A DNA stretch of 28,879 bases from a virus (taxonomy: Duplodnaviria > Caudoviricetes): IMG/VR virus record IMGVR_UViG_3300012862_000048, positions 1 to 28,879 of that record. The stretch is one strand, 5' to 3'. The position numbers and the translations under genes are program-made. The notes beneath the pieces are model-generated. The model made no database searches. It was not told the DNA's origin and saw only the letters and a list, made by a program, of their open reading frames with translations. Positions 1-8,776 of the stretch are shown piece after piece. Within the stretch, counting starts at the first letter, position 1. Every line of letters starts with the position of its first letter.

Positions 1-117
<117 letters not shown>

Positions 118-124
118 TATCCAG

Positions 125-148
125 GTAGTGCCGAGCCCATGATCGGCA
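125..148 (+). repeat. GTAG-family REP (SMAG-like) single unit
   Basis: GTAG followed by the imperfect palindrome TGCCGAGC-CCAT-GATCGGCA, just after the rpoD stop; resembles Stenotrophomonas REPs. Confidence 0.6.
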
Positions 149-164
149 GCTGCTTCTGTTGAGA

Positions 165-195
165 GAAAAGCCCCGCTTCGGCGGGGTTTTTCTTT
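165..195 (+). terminator. Intrinsic terminator of rpoD, probably bidirectional
   Basis: AAAAGCCCCGC-TTCG-GCGGGGTTTTTCTTT: GC stem, UUCG loop, U tract, upstream A tract. Confidence 0.92.
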
Positions 196-244
196 GGTCG
201 CGCCGGGCCGTGCCCGTTGAATTTCATGTGATATTCGTAATTTT

Positions 245-367
245 TACGTAACACTATTTCTGATGTCTGCACCTGCAGGATTTGTAGAAATCCATGTAAA
301 ACAATAGCTTTGAAGTTTCCTCTTGCTTGCAGGCCGCATTGTTTTGCGATAAATACGTAACACTATT
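245..367 (+). repeat. 14-bp direct repeat TACGTAACACTATT (245-258 and 354-367), candidate operator pair
   Basis: Two exact copies 109 bp apart in the AT-rich region upstream of the YjjJ-like gene. Confidence 0.6.
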
Positions 368-385
368 CGTCCCGTAGGCCCTGCC

Positions 386-1786
386 ATGGCCCGCCGCGCG
401 CTCCTGCACCCCGAAGATCTGATCGCCCAGCTTCCCCCCGGCCAGCCACAGCCCGCAGCGGCGCTGGCCGAGCACCTGGGCGTGAACCGCATGACCCTCA
501 GCCGCCTGGTCTCGGCCAGTGGCGATCAGGTCGTGCGCCTGGGCCAGACCCGCGCCACGGCCTATGCCCTGCGCCAGCCCTCCCGCGTGGGCAGCGAATG
601 GCCGCTCTACCGCCTGCGCGAAGACGCCACACTGGAAGAGCTGGGCCGACTGATCGCGCTCAGTGGCGACACCTTCCACGTGGACGCCAGCCGCGCGCGT
701 CCCAACCTGCTGCGCGCGCCCGAGGGCGATATTGCCGCCTTCTTTCCGGGCCTGCCGTGGTACCTCGACGACCTGCGCCCGCAGGGCTTCCTCGGCCGCA
801 GCTTCGCGCATGGCCGCGCGCGCGGGCTTGGACTGCCTTCGGATCTCACGCGCTGGCAGCGCGACGACGTGCTGGTGGCGCTGGTACATGGCGGCGGCAC
901 CGAGACCGGCGATCTGCTGCTGGGCGGCGAGGCCGTACAAGCGGCCCTGGCTGCGCTGGATGCACCGCCTGACCGCGTGGCTGCACGTGACCGCCAGCAG
1001 CAGTACCCGCAACGCGCGCGTGCCGCGCTGGCTGGCGAAGACGTGGGTTCTTCGCCTGGAGGCGAGCAGCCCAAGTTCACCGCCACTGTGGAAAGCGAAG
1101 GGGGGCGCCGCGCCGTGATCGTGAAGTTCGCCCAGCCCGATGGTGGCGAGGCTGCGCAGCGCTGGGCCGATCTGCTGGTGTGCGAGCACCTCGCGCTGGA
1201 AACCCTGCGCGACGCCGGCGTGGAGGGCGCCCGCAGCGAGCTGCTGCAGACGCCCACGCATACTTTCCTGGAAGTGACGCGCTTCGACCGCAGCGCCGAT
1301 GTGCTGGGGCGGCGGGGCTTTGTTTCGCTGCTGTCGCTTTCGGCCGCGTTTACGGGCGAGGCGACGGCGGAGTGGCCGCGTGCGGGCGCGCAGCTGCAGG
1401 CGCTGGGCTCGTTGTCTGCCGATACCGTGCAGGCGATGGCGCGGCTGCATGCGTTTGGCCGGTTGATCGGCAACAGCGACATGCACCAGGGCAACATCGG
1501 TTTCCGCCTCGTTGATCGCGGCGCGCTGCCGCTGGCGCCGGCCTACGACATGCTGCCGATGTCGTTGGCACCGTCGCGGTTGGGTGTGTTGCGGCAGGAT
1601 GTGGTGCTGGAGGCGGTTGCGCCGCGTGAGAGCGGCGAGCTGGAGCATCTGCGCTGGGCGGCACCGCTGGCGAGCGAGTTCTGGGGGCGCGTTGCGGGGG
1701 ATGCGCGGGTGGGGTCGGATGGACTGCGCGCGCTGGCGGCGACGAATGCCGAGCGGGTAAGGGCGATGGCGGCGCGGTTTGGGTGA
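386..1786 (+). CDS. yjjJ: HipA-family Ser/Thr kinase toxin, YjjJ type
   Basis: N-terminal HTH (LAEHLGVNRMTLSRLV), P-loop SSPGGEQPKF, catalytic NSDMHQGN and LAPAYD motifs; no adjacent hipB. Confidence 0.88.
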   Translation: MARRALLHPEDLIAQLPPGQPQPAAALAEHLGVNRMTLSRLVSASGDQVVRLGQTRATAYALRQPSRVGSEWPLYRLREDATLEELGRLIALSGDTFHVDASRARPNLLRAPEGDIAAFFPGLPWYLDDLRPQGFLGRSFAHGRARGLGLPSDLTRWQRDDVLVALVHGGGTETGDLLLGGEAVQAALAALDAPPDRVAARDRQQQYPQRARAALAGEDVGSSPGGEQPKFTATVESEGGRRAVIVKFAQPDGGEAAQRWADLLVCEHLALETLRDAGVEGARSELLQTPTHTFLEVTRFDRSADVLGRRGFVSLLSLSAAFTGEATAEWPRAGAQLQALGSLSADTVQAMARLHAFGRLIGNSDMHQGNIGFRLVDRGALPLAPAYDMLPMSLAPSRLGVLRQDVVLEAVAPRESGELEHLRWAAPLASEFWGRVAGDARVGSDGLRALAATNAERVRAMAARFG

Positions 1787-2136
1787 TTTCGGATGACGCA
1801 TCTCCCCGCGTTTCCAATGATTGAATCGCTCTTAGTGCCTCGGCGCTGCGCCCTGTGACGTACTTGGCTTTGAGGATTGTTGGAATCTGATCGCAGGATT
1901 CTCATGCACAACGCGCCGGCTCAGCCAAATTCCCAATCCCTTCAATGCGTTGGATCTTCGGGACGTGCCGGGCACTCCAAGGCGTGTCGCAATCAGCAAT
2001 TGAGCCATCTACCTTCGCTTCTGCACAGTCCTTCGCAGGTGCTCAACACACCTTTGTAGGCGGAATGTCTGATGCAATAGCAGGCAGTCCAAGGTCAAGC
2101 CGTATCACTCGCCATCCCGGTGAGCACCAAGGTTTC

Positions 2137-2222
2137 TGGCCGGGTGGCGCGTAGCCATACAAGACTCCGCAAGGAGGAAAGCTGCGGGCGGCCCTACGAC
2201 CGTGTTGAAGCGCCCGGTCGCC
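2137..2222 (+). ncRNA. C4/P4-CI-like antisense RNA in the leader of ORF 2271
   Basis: Outer stem GGCCGGGTG/CGCCCGGTC, internal CTCC-GCAA-GGAG GNRA hairpin, and TGTTGA (2203-2208) complementary to two flanking hairpin loops CTCAACA (2042-2048 and 2226-2232). Confidence 0.6.
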
Positions 2223-2270
2223 TCTCTCAACAGGAGGCGGAAGAGGTTCGACGAATCGTAGGAGAGCGAG

Positions 2271-2603
2271 ATGGGACTGAAGGCGATAGCTGGTGCCGCT
2301 TCTGATGGAAGAGAGCTGGCGGACGACTGTGATTTCGCGCCGTTGATGGACTGGGATGAGGTGTTGCAGGATGAGCGCGAGGATCGGCTGGGGTTTGCAC
2401 GGCGCACGACGTATGCATTGCTGACGCTCCCGGGCTCGGGACTGGTTGAGGGCTTTGGTGGCGGCAATCAGCCAGGGCTTGAAGGGGCCCGGCGGACGGT
2501 AGCCCTGTTTCAGGCGCATCTGCGGCAGATGCAGCACTTCGCGGAGATTGCCGAGATGCGGCTGGAGCAGGTGGCCAAGGCACTGGCCGTGATGCCTGAG
2601 TAG
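2271..2603 (+). CDS. Hypothetical protein (110 aa)
   Basis: ORF with GGAG RBS downstream of the structured leader; no family recognised. Confidence 0.6.
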   Translation: MGLKAIAGAASDGRELADDCDFAPLMDWDEVLQDEREDRLGFARRTTYALLTLPGSGLVEGFGGGNQPGLEGARRTVALFQAHLRQMQHFAEIAEMRLEQVAKALAVMPE

Positions 2604-2643
2604 CCGGGCGGGGGCGCGCTCCACTACACTGTGGCGCTGCGCA

Positions 2644-2719
2644 GGGCCTATAGCTCAACGGTTAGAGCAGAGGACTCATAATCCTTTGGTTCCAGGTTCG
2701 AATCCTGGTGGGCCCACCA
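2644..2719 (+). tRNA. ileX: tRNA-Ile2 (anticodon CAT, lysidine type); integration target
   Basis: 76-nt cloverleaf GGGCCTA...TGGGCCCACCA, anticodon arm GAGGA-CTCATAA-TCCTT, TTCGAAT T-loop, encoded CCA. Sequence and position near rpoD match Ile2; no initiator features. Confidence 0.9.
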
Positions 2720-2787
2720 CATTGACGTCCATCGGAGTCCAAGGACGTCTTACGAAGCCTAGTGGTGCTGGATTTGGAGTAGTTTTT

Positions 2788-2896
2788 GCGTCCAGCGGTG
2801 TCCAGTGGCATCCACTTGCATCCACGAAAAAAGTGAGTCAGGCTGTGTGTCAGCGGGCTAGACGCCCCTAGACGACTCACAGGCGCTCGACTCACA
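2788..2896. promoter_or_regulatory. att-arm recombination sites: phased candidate RDF sites and integrase arm-type repeats
   Basis: TCCA at 2791, 2801, 2811 and 2821 (exact 10-bp period); GTGAGTC (2833) and GTGTGTC (2845) facing inverted GACTCAC (2874, 2889). Confidence 0.65.
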
Positions 2897-4110
2897 TGCT
2901 GACCGACACCAAGTTGCGCTCGCTCAAGCCGAAGGCCAGTCCCTTCCGTGTGGCTGATGCCAACGGCTTGTGCATCGAAGTGCGTCCATCGGGAGCCAAG
3001 GTCTGGCGTTACCGCTATCGCTACCTGGGCAAGGCCAGCATCGTCACGCTTGATGAGTACCCCTCAATGTCGCTGCAGGCTGCTCGCGTCGAGCGCGACC
3101 GTCTGCGCTCATTGCTGCGCGGCGGGGCAAATCCTGCTCAGGTGGCTCGGGTGGAGAAGGCCGCACACGGCGAGCGGTCCGCCAACACCTTCAGTGCCAT
3201 CGGCCTTGAGCTGCTGGCAAAGCGCACCAAGGAGGGGCTGTCTCCCGGGTCGGTCGTGCGGGAGCGCAGGCTGATCGAGAAGGATCTGGCCGGGCTGGCG
3301 GATCTGCCTATCGGGGACATTACTGCTCCGGTTCTGCTAGCTGCACTCAGGAAGCTGGAACAGAGGGGCGTAGTCGAGACTGCCCATCGCGCCCGGGCCC
3401 ATGCCGGCCGAATCTTCCGCTATGCCATCGCCACCGGTCGTGCTGATAGGAATCCGGCCCAGGATCTAACAGGGGCGCTCGAGCAGCCGCAGACGAAGCA
3501 CTTTGCGAGCGTGACCGACCCCGCCGTCATCGGCGATCTCTTGCGCGCGCTGTGGGGCTATCAGGGAGCACTGGTCACTCAGGCGGCCCTGAAGCTGGCC
3601 CCTATGCTGTTCGTTCGTCCGGGCGAGCTGCGCCAAGCGAAGTGGGCCGATATCAATCTGGATGCAGCGGAGTGGCGCTACGTCACCAGCAAGACCAAAA
3701 CCCCGCACATCGTCCCGTTGTCCGACCAGGCCGTCGAAGTCCTGCAGGAGCTTTACCCGTATACGAAGCGGAGCGAGTTCGTCTTCCCTGGCGTGCGCAG
3801 TGCGCTCAAGCCGATGAGCGAGAACACGATGAACGCAGCGCTCCGAAATCTTGGCTTCGACTCAGACACGATGGTCGGCCACGGCTTCCGCGCAATGGCT
3901 AGAACGGTGCTGGACGAGGTTCTTGGCTACCGCCCGGACTACATCGAGCATCAGTTGGCGCATGCCGTGAAGGATCCGCTCGGGCGGGCCTATAACCGGG
4001 CAACCCACCTGCCGGAACGCCGGAAGATGATGCAGGCCTGGTCTGACTATCTCGACCAGCTGCGCGTTGCAGAACCGAACGTGCTGGCCTTCAAGGCCAA
4101 GCGCGCCTAA
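2896..4110 (+). CDS. int: P4-family tyrosine integrase
   Basis: Arm-binding N-terminus (MLTDTKLRSLKP...GLCIEVRPSGAKVWRYRY); catalytic R (RPGE), K, HGFR, LAH and Y (AYNR); adjacent to the tRNA. Confidence 0.96.
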   Translation: MLTDTKLRSLKPKASPFRVADANGLCIEVRPSGAKVWRYRYRYLGKASIVTLDEYPSMSLQAARVERDRLRSLLRGGANPAQVARVEKAAHGERSANTFSAIGLELLAKRTKEGLSPGSVVRERRLIEKDLAGLADLPIGDITAPVLLAALRKLEQRGVVETAHRARAHAGRIFRYAIATGRADRNPAQDLTGALEQPQTKHFASVTDPAVIGDLLRALWGYQGALVTQAALKLAPMLFVRPGELRQAKWADINLDAAEWRYVTSKTKTPHIVPLSDQAVEVLQELYPYTKRSEFVFPGVRSALKPMSENTMNAALRNLGFDSDTMVGHGFRAMARTVLDEVLGYRPDYIEHQLAHAVKDPLGRAYNRATHLPERRKMMQAWSDYLDQLRVAEPNVLAFKAKRA

Positions 4111-4157
4111 CCACCACATAGGCCTCTAAGGAGGGCCATAGCAAGAAGCAGGGCCGC

Positions 4158-4249
4158 ATAAACAAAGCGGCCGAGGAAGGGGCTGGAACCCCTAGCTCGG
4201 CCTACCACAACCGACTATTGGAGAGTCGATCATGGATTGCAACATTGTA
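4158..4249 (-). ncRNA. Putative SymR-like cis-antisense RNA (including its -10 box) over the leader and RBS of ORF 4232
   Basis: Minus-strand TACAAT at 4249-4244 within the first codons; hairpin 4169-4202 followed on the minus strand by CGCTTTGTTTAT; RBS hairpin CGACT-ATTGGAG-AGTCG. Layout resembles symE/symR as I recall it. Confidence 0.45.
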
Positions 4250-4474
4250 CCTGTTGCGCCTGAACGGGCGCGCTCGGCCGAAATCCGGCCGTCAGTCACT
4301 ACGCGGGCTATTCGCCCCACCACGTTCGTCCGAGTCCACCGCTGGCTCGCCCTCAACGACGACGCAAATACCTACAAGCTCTGCACGGCGCTGTTTGTCG
4401 TCGCTCTGGCATCGGCCGCTACTTCTCCTGCGTCAATCACTGCGTGCCTGGGGGTGATCCATGTCTGCTTCTGA
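4232..4474 (+). CDS. Hypothetical small protein with hydrophobic C-terminal half
   Basis: GGAG RBS; first of a chain of overlapping ORFs. Confidence 0.55.
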   Translation: MDCNIVPVAPERARSAEIRPSVTTRAIRPTTFVRVHRWLALNDDANTYKLCTALFVVALASAATSPASITACLGVIHVCF

Positions 4475-4718
4475 AGTCACCATTGAAGCTGCGTATGGCG
4501 CGATTCCGGTGCAGGACAACGCGCCCACCTACAAGATCTGCGCCGGCATCGACACGCTGCATGCACTCGGTGACGCCAGCGTCTACGTCAGCTTCGTGCG
4601 GTCCTTCTTCAGGACTTGCATGGAGAACCAGCTGACGCCCACGTTCGATGACCTTGCTGTTCTCGACCACCTTCTGGAGCAGGCCCAAGCTCTCCGCCGT
4701 GCATCGAGGGTGGACTAA
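4461..4718 (+). CDS. Hypothetical protein (85 aa)
   Basis: GGGGGTG RBS; TAATG coupling to the next ORF. Confidence 0.65.
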   Translation: MSASEVTIEAAYGAIPVQDNAPTYKICAGIDTLHALGDASVYVSFVRSFFRTCMENQLTPTFDDLAVLDHLLEQAQALRRASRVD

Positions 4719-5419
4719 TGAGCGCTTCGGACAAGCAGGTGGGATGCGCCCTCGATATGCCCACTGGCCGCGGCCAGGTGCGGGATCCTCTTGAGGCGCT
4801 AATAGCTGGTGGAATTCCGATTAGGACACTGCTCGGCCATCACCTTTGCAGCATCGACTGGCTTGCTGCCCGACTCGATCAGAAGTTCCGGCTCTGCTAC
4901 TACGGTGAGGATGGTGAAGTAGTGACTGAGGCGGTATCTGCGGTCTCGTTGCTCACGAGAGGCAAGGAGCTGGGCTGGCGCCCACTGGAAGATGAGCCGA
5001 CCGAACTGGGCTGGCCGGAGCTCTTCGAGGACACCACGCATCATGAGCGTGGCGGCGTCCATTGGTACTCGACCGCAGTCTCGGACACGGACGGAATGCT
5101 TCCTTTGGGTCTGCCGAAGTCAGTCATTGAGGCCGACCGCAGGGCATCGGAAGCGAGGGCGAAGAAAGCGCAGGCGCGCCTAAAGCGGGAGAAGCAGGCG
5201 GAGGCCAGGAAAGCTGCTGCTGAAGCGAAGGCCGTTGCTCAGCGCAACATCGAACGCGTCACCAAGTCCCAGCAGCGAGAGGCAGCTAAAGCAGGAAAGC
5301 CAATCTCCGTTGCTACGGCGAGGCGAAGGGCGCGGGCTTGGATTCGCCAGTGGGAGAAGGACGTCGCCACTGTCATGAAGCGTTTCACGGATAGCCAGGA
5401 GGGCAACCATGGTCAGTAA
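4718..5419 (+). CDS. Hypothetical protein with basic coiled-coil C-terminus
   Basis: 233-aa translationally coupled ORF; Ala/Lys/Arg-rich helical tail. Confidence 0.7.
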   Translation: MSASDKQVGCALDMPTGRGQVRDPLEALIAGGIPIRTLLGHHLCSIDWLAARLDQKFRLCYYGEDGEVVTEAVSAVSLLTRGKELGWRPLEDEPTELGWPELFEDTTHHERGGVHWYSTAVSDTDGMLPLGLPKSVIEADRRASEARAKKAQARLKREKQAEARKAAAEAKAVAQRNIERVTKSQQREAAKAGKPISVATARRRARAWIRQWEKDVATVMKRFTDSQEGNHGQ

Positions 5420-5933
5420 CAAAGGCCGTTTCAAGCGACCAATCCGGTTCAATCGGACACGTGCGAACCCAATCCAGCGCTTGCCTTTCTACCGCCAGAG
5501 CCACGCCAAGACGGGGGACTACTGGCGGATGCCGGAGGTCCAGGGTTACCTCATGGGCCGTGAGGTTGGAAGGGTCTGCGCGATAGCCTTTGTACAGGCT
5601 CTGGAGGAAGCTTCAAGCCGGATTGGCATGGCGGCAAGTGTGCAGCTGGCCGACACCGTGGCATCAGCAATTGAGGCTCACGGTGGATCTTTGACCGACG
5701 GTCAACGTGGGATCATTGAGGGGTTCTTTGGTCGCGGATCCAAGCTGATGGACGTCATTCGGTCGGGTATCGTGTCGCTAGAGAAGTCGCCAAAGTTCGA
5801 AATGCAGCAGATCGAAGCTGCGCTCAGGGACTTGTCCAGCATGACTGTGGAGGAATATGCCATCCGCAGGCTTGGCTCGATCAATGGTGCGATTCCTGAT
5901 TCAAAATCGCGGCCACCGTTCTCCCTAGAATGA
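5409..5933 (+). CDS. Hypothetical protein (174 aa)
   Basis: AGGAGG RBS; overlaps the upstream stop. Confidence 0.7.
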   Translation: MVSNKGRFKRPIRFNRTRANPIQRLPFYRQSHAKTGDYWRMPEVQGYLMGREVGRVCAIAFVQALEEASSRIGMAASVQLADTVASAIEAHGGSLTDGQRGIIEGFFGRGSKLMDVIRSGIVSLEKSPKFEMQQIEAALRDLSSMTVEEYAIRRLGSINGAIPDSKSRPPFSLE

Positions 5934-5985
5934 GATCGCTGTGGCTCCAGGGCATTGACCCTGCAACCGGGTATTGGAGGCCCGA

Positions 5986-6741
5986 ATGAAAAAGCAAACG
6001 CAAGGCGCACAGCGCTGGGTGTTGGGCTTACGCGCAGCGGAGTGGTACAGCTTCGAGCTCATGGTGGACAGGTACTTGCCACCGCCAGCGCCCATCGGAG
6101 CCGGCACTTGGGATCACCTCCCCCCGTTCAACTGGGCTGGGTCTCTCCGTGTCCTGAATCGGCTATTCGCATTGGGAAGGGAGGATGCTGTGGCGAGTGC
6201 TTTGTCCACAAACTTCCCTCAGGGTCTCGCTTTAGAGGACCTGTGCAGAATCTTTGAGGCGGCAGACTTGGCGATTCGTCGTTTTGATCTAGTCGCCATC
6301 ACGCAGTCCGAGAGGAGGCGCAAGGCAAAGATCATTGCAGACGCAGCTAGGTTGATTGCTGCGGAGCTGAGCCATCCTGCGACTCAGAATGATTTTTGGC
6401 GAGCACGCCGAAGGCTGAAGCTGATTGACGGTCGAGGGCGGGGGATGCTCGGCGCGTTGCCCGACGCGTTCGAAAGCTTCGCTCAGATTGCAGAAGAGAC
6501 AGCCGAGCTGCCTAAGGATGTTGGCAACCCCAATGCTTCCAGCGCGCACAAGCTCTTCTTCCTAAGAGAGGTGACCGAACATTTGTACCGCAGGCATGGG
6601 AGGCCAATGAGGTCGCTCGTTCTTGTTCTAGCGGGTCTGTACTTCGACGTGTCAGACATGACGACCAATGACTTGGCTAAGTATGCGCAGGTGAAGAAAG
6701 AGAGAGGGAAAAGGCAGGTTTCATCCCCTCTCTATCTTTGA
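5986..6741 (+). CDS. Hypothetical protein, possible regulator upstream of alpA
   Basis: GGAGG at 5976-5980 favours the ATG at 5986; helical; function inferred from position only. Confidence 0.65.
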   Translation: MKKQTQGAQRWVLGLRAAEWYSFELMVDRYLPPPAPIGAGTWDHLPPFNWAGSLRVLNRLFALGREDAVASALSTNFPQGLALEDLCRIFEAADLAIRRFDLVAITQSERRRKAKIIADAARLIAAELSHPATQNDFWRARRRLKLIDGRGRGMLGALPDAFESFAQIAEETAELPKDVGNPNASSAHKLFFLREVTEHLYRRHGRPMRSLVLVLAGLYFDVSDMTTNDLAKYAQVKKERGKRQVSSPLYL

Positions 6742-6833
6742 AGTAATAGCCTGCTTTTTCTCAATTACCTAGAGAATTGCGGTGTCCCAATCTGTCCGAA
6801 ACCGGCCATTTCGGTCCGGTGCAGGGCAGAGAC

Positions 6834-7052
6834 ATGCAAGCAAGTGCAACGGGTGATCTTCCGGCAACTGGGTTCATGCGGCTCCCCGACGTACTTCGGG
6901 TCTATCCGGTTTCACGGTCTACCTGGTGGTCTGGGGTCCGTTCGGGTCGCTACCCTCAGCCGTTCAAGATTGGAAGCAGGGCGACGGCATGGCGTGCTGA
7001 GGATATTCGCGCGCTGATCCTTGGCGCCCCCTCGTCGGAGGGGCGTCAATGA
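6834..7052 (+). CDS. alpA: AlpA-family excisionase/regulator
   Basis: FMRLPDVLRVYPVSRSTWWSGVRSGRYPQPFKIGSRATAWRAEDI, a classic AlpA pattern. Confidence 0.88.
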   Translation: MQASATGDLPATGFMRLPDVLRVYPVSRSTWWSGVRSGRYPQPFKIGSRATAWRAEDIRALILGAPSSEGRQ

Positions 7053-7303
7053 CTGGATTCAACTTCTCCGACCTGAGCGCCGATCAACGCCGTCTGCTGG
7101 ACTTTGGAGGCTGGACCGCCGATCACCCTCACGCCGAGGCCAAGCCGGCCCGCAAGGACGCTGTAGGCCTGATTGAGCGCGGGCTCCTGCTGGCCGTCAG
7201 CGTCCGCAGGCGCGACAAATACGGTTCCTACTCCCTGACCGAGTACCGGGTGCCTGATACCGCTCGCCGGGCATGGGCACTGCACAAGGAGGTCACCCCA
7301 TGA
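7049..7303 (+). CDS. Hypothetical protein (84 aa, possible winged helix)
   Basis: ATGA overlaps at both ends; GGAGG RBS. Confidence 0.7.
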   Translation: MTGFNFSDLSADQRRLLDFGGWTADHPHAEAKPARKDAVGLIERGLLLAVSVRRRDKYGSYSLTEYRVPDTARRAWALHKEVTP

Positions 7304-7530
7304 CTTCCGATGCTATCCGAGCCGGCCGAGTGGCTGCCAGGGGGCGGACCTTGATGCGCCTACCCGAGGTAGTCGCGGCCTGCGGTATATCCCGCTCCCT
7401 CATCTACAAGATGGCGAAGGAAGGCCAGTTCCCCGGGCCCATCCGCGTAGCTGCCCGTCTGTCCGCCTGGGACTCGGAGGCTGTGCAGAGCTGGATCGAC
7501 TCCCGCTGCGAAGAAGGGAGGGCGACCTAA
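7300..7530 (+). CDS. alpA: Second AlpA-family excisionase/regulator
   Basis: LMRLPEVVAACGISRSLIYKMAKEGQFPGPIRVAARLSAWDSEAVQSWI; AGGAGG RBS before the ATG at 7300. Confidence 0.9.
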   Translation: MTSDAIRAGRVAARGRTLMRLPEVVAACGISRSLIYKMAKEGQFPGPIRVAARLSAWDSEAVQSWIDSRCEEGRAT

Positions 7531-8225
7531 TGGCTACTGGAATCGTCCACGTAGAGTTCCACGGGGCCGAACTGATCGGCCGACTCCATCAGGGACAGCC
7601 CTTTGTGGCGATGCGACCCATTGTGGAGGCCATGGGCTTGGACTGGTCCAAGCAGCTGGACAAGCTGAAGTCCCACCCGGTGCTGGCCCGCCAACTGTCT
7701 ACCTTAAGGGGGATGGTTGCTGGCGATGGCAAGGGCCGCCAGATGCAGGCGCTGCCCTTGTCCAGGCTTCCGTTTTGGCTGGCCACGGTCAATCCCAACA
7801 AGGTGAAGGCAGCGATCCGGGAACGAGTGATTCTGTTTCAGGAGCAGGCGGCCGACGCCCTTGCAGCTGCGTTTTTGTCGAATGGGGAAAGGCGTGATGC
7901 GGCAATGGCAAAGCGCGTCGCAGGAACCGTCATGTGCCGGATCTTGCACGACACGCTGGTGGGCCTCGGGAAGGACCCGAAGGGCTATGACTACGCGACA
8001 GAGCATCGTCTGGTGAACCACTGCATCACCGGCATGTTCCAGGGCGTGTCCGAGGACTCCCTCTCGACTGACCAACTGAAGCTGCAGCAGGAGCTGCGGA
8101 TGCAGAACGCCGTATGGATCGGGCAGGGCATGGCCTACCGGGATCGCAAGCCTCTCCTCGAACAGCACGCGGCAACCTGGTGCCGCACTCAGCACATTGG
8201 CTTGGAGGCTTCCAATGGCCACTAG
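7530..8225 (+). CDS. Phage antirepressor (P22 Ant N-terminal domain) protein
   Basis: VEFHGAEL...PFVAMRPIVEAMGLDWSKQLDKLK...LPLSRLPFWLATVNPNKVK matches P22_AR_N. Confidence 0.85.
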   Translation: MATGIVHVEFHGAELIGRLHQGQPFVAMRPIVEAMGLDWSKQLDKLKSHPVLARQLSTLRGMVAGDGKGRQMQALPLSRLPFWLATVNPNKVKAAIRERVILFQEQAADALAAAFLSNGERRDAAMAKRVAGTVMCRILHDTLVGLGKDPKGYDYATEHRLVNHCITGMFQGVSEDSLSTDQLKLQQELRMQNAVWIGQGMAYRDRKPLLEQHAATWCRTQHIGLEASNGH

Positions 8226-8748
8226 AGCGACTCAAAGGTTGCTGCACGGGCCGAGCGGACTCTTGGTTTCACCCGCGACAGGAGAGCTCTGGAGCGCCTG
8301 CGGTCGTGTGATGGGCCGCAAGAGCCGAGATGGATACATCCGGGTCATTGTCCGCCTGGCGGGTGGCTCCTGCGCGACTTGGTACGCCCATCGGCTTGTC
8401 TGGGAGGTCGTGAACGGGCCCGTGCCAAGGTCTATGGAGGTCGATCACCTCGATGGCAATCCGTCGAACAACCGGCTGGACAACCTCCAACTGCTGACTG
8501 GTGCGGACAATCGGCGCCTTCAGCGTGTTCGGAGCATGGCCAAGTACGGCAGCCCCTCGCCCCACTGCAAGCTCAGCGTTGCGGAGGTGGAAGCAGTTCT
8601 CCGCACTGTTGGAACGGTTCCGAGCAATGTCTGGGCGCGTCGATACGGTGTCACCCCGCCGGCCATAAGAAGCATCCGTAAGCGGAAGACCTGGCGACAC
8701 GTCGAAGCAGATACGAACACCAAGGCCAATCGCTCCAAGCGCGGCTGA
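8215..8748 (+). CDS. HNH endonuclease (HNH_3 type) with C-terminal HTH
   Basis: AHRLVW...EVDHLDGNPSNNRLDNL...N motif; C-terminal WARRYGVTPPAIRSIRKRKTW. Confidence 0.88.
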   Translation: MATRATQRLLHGPSGLLVSPATGELWSACGRVMGRKSRDGYIRVIVRLAGGSCATWYAHRLVWEVVNGPVPRSMEVDHLDGNPSNNRLDNLQLLTGADNRRLQRVRSMAKYGSPSPHCKLSVAEVEAVLRTVGTVPSNVWARRYGVTPPAIRSIRKRKTWRHVEADTNTKANRSKRG

Positions 8749-8776
8749 GGTCGCGTCTACCGCCCTTGGGGGGCAC

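Noticed and set aside
254-1801. 515-aa minus-strand ORF (and 607..1497)
   Set aside because: Antisense shadows of the GC-rich yjjJ-like gene; no motifs.
2644-2719. tRNA-Met call from the CAT anticodon
   Set aside because: Lacks initiator features (C1:A72 mismatch, three G-C anticodon-stem pairs); sequence and rpoD-linked position fit Ile2. Elongator Met is not formally excluded.
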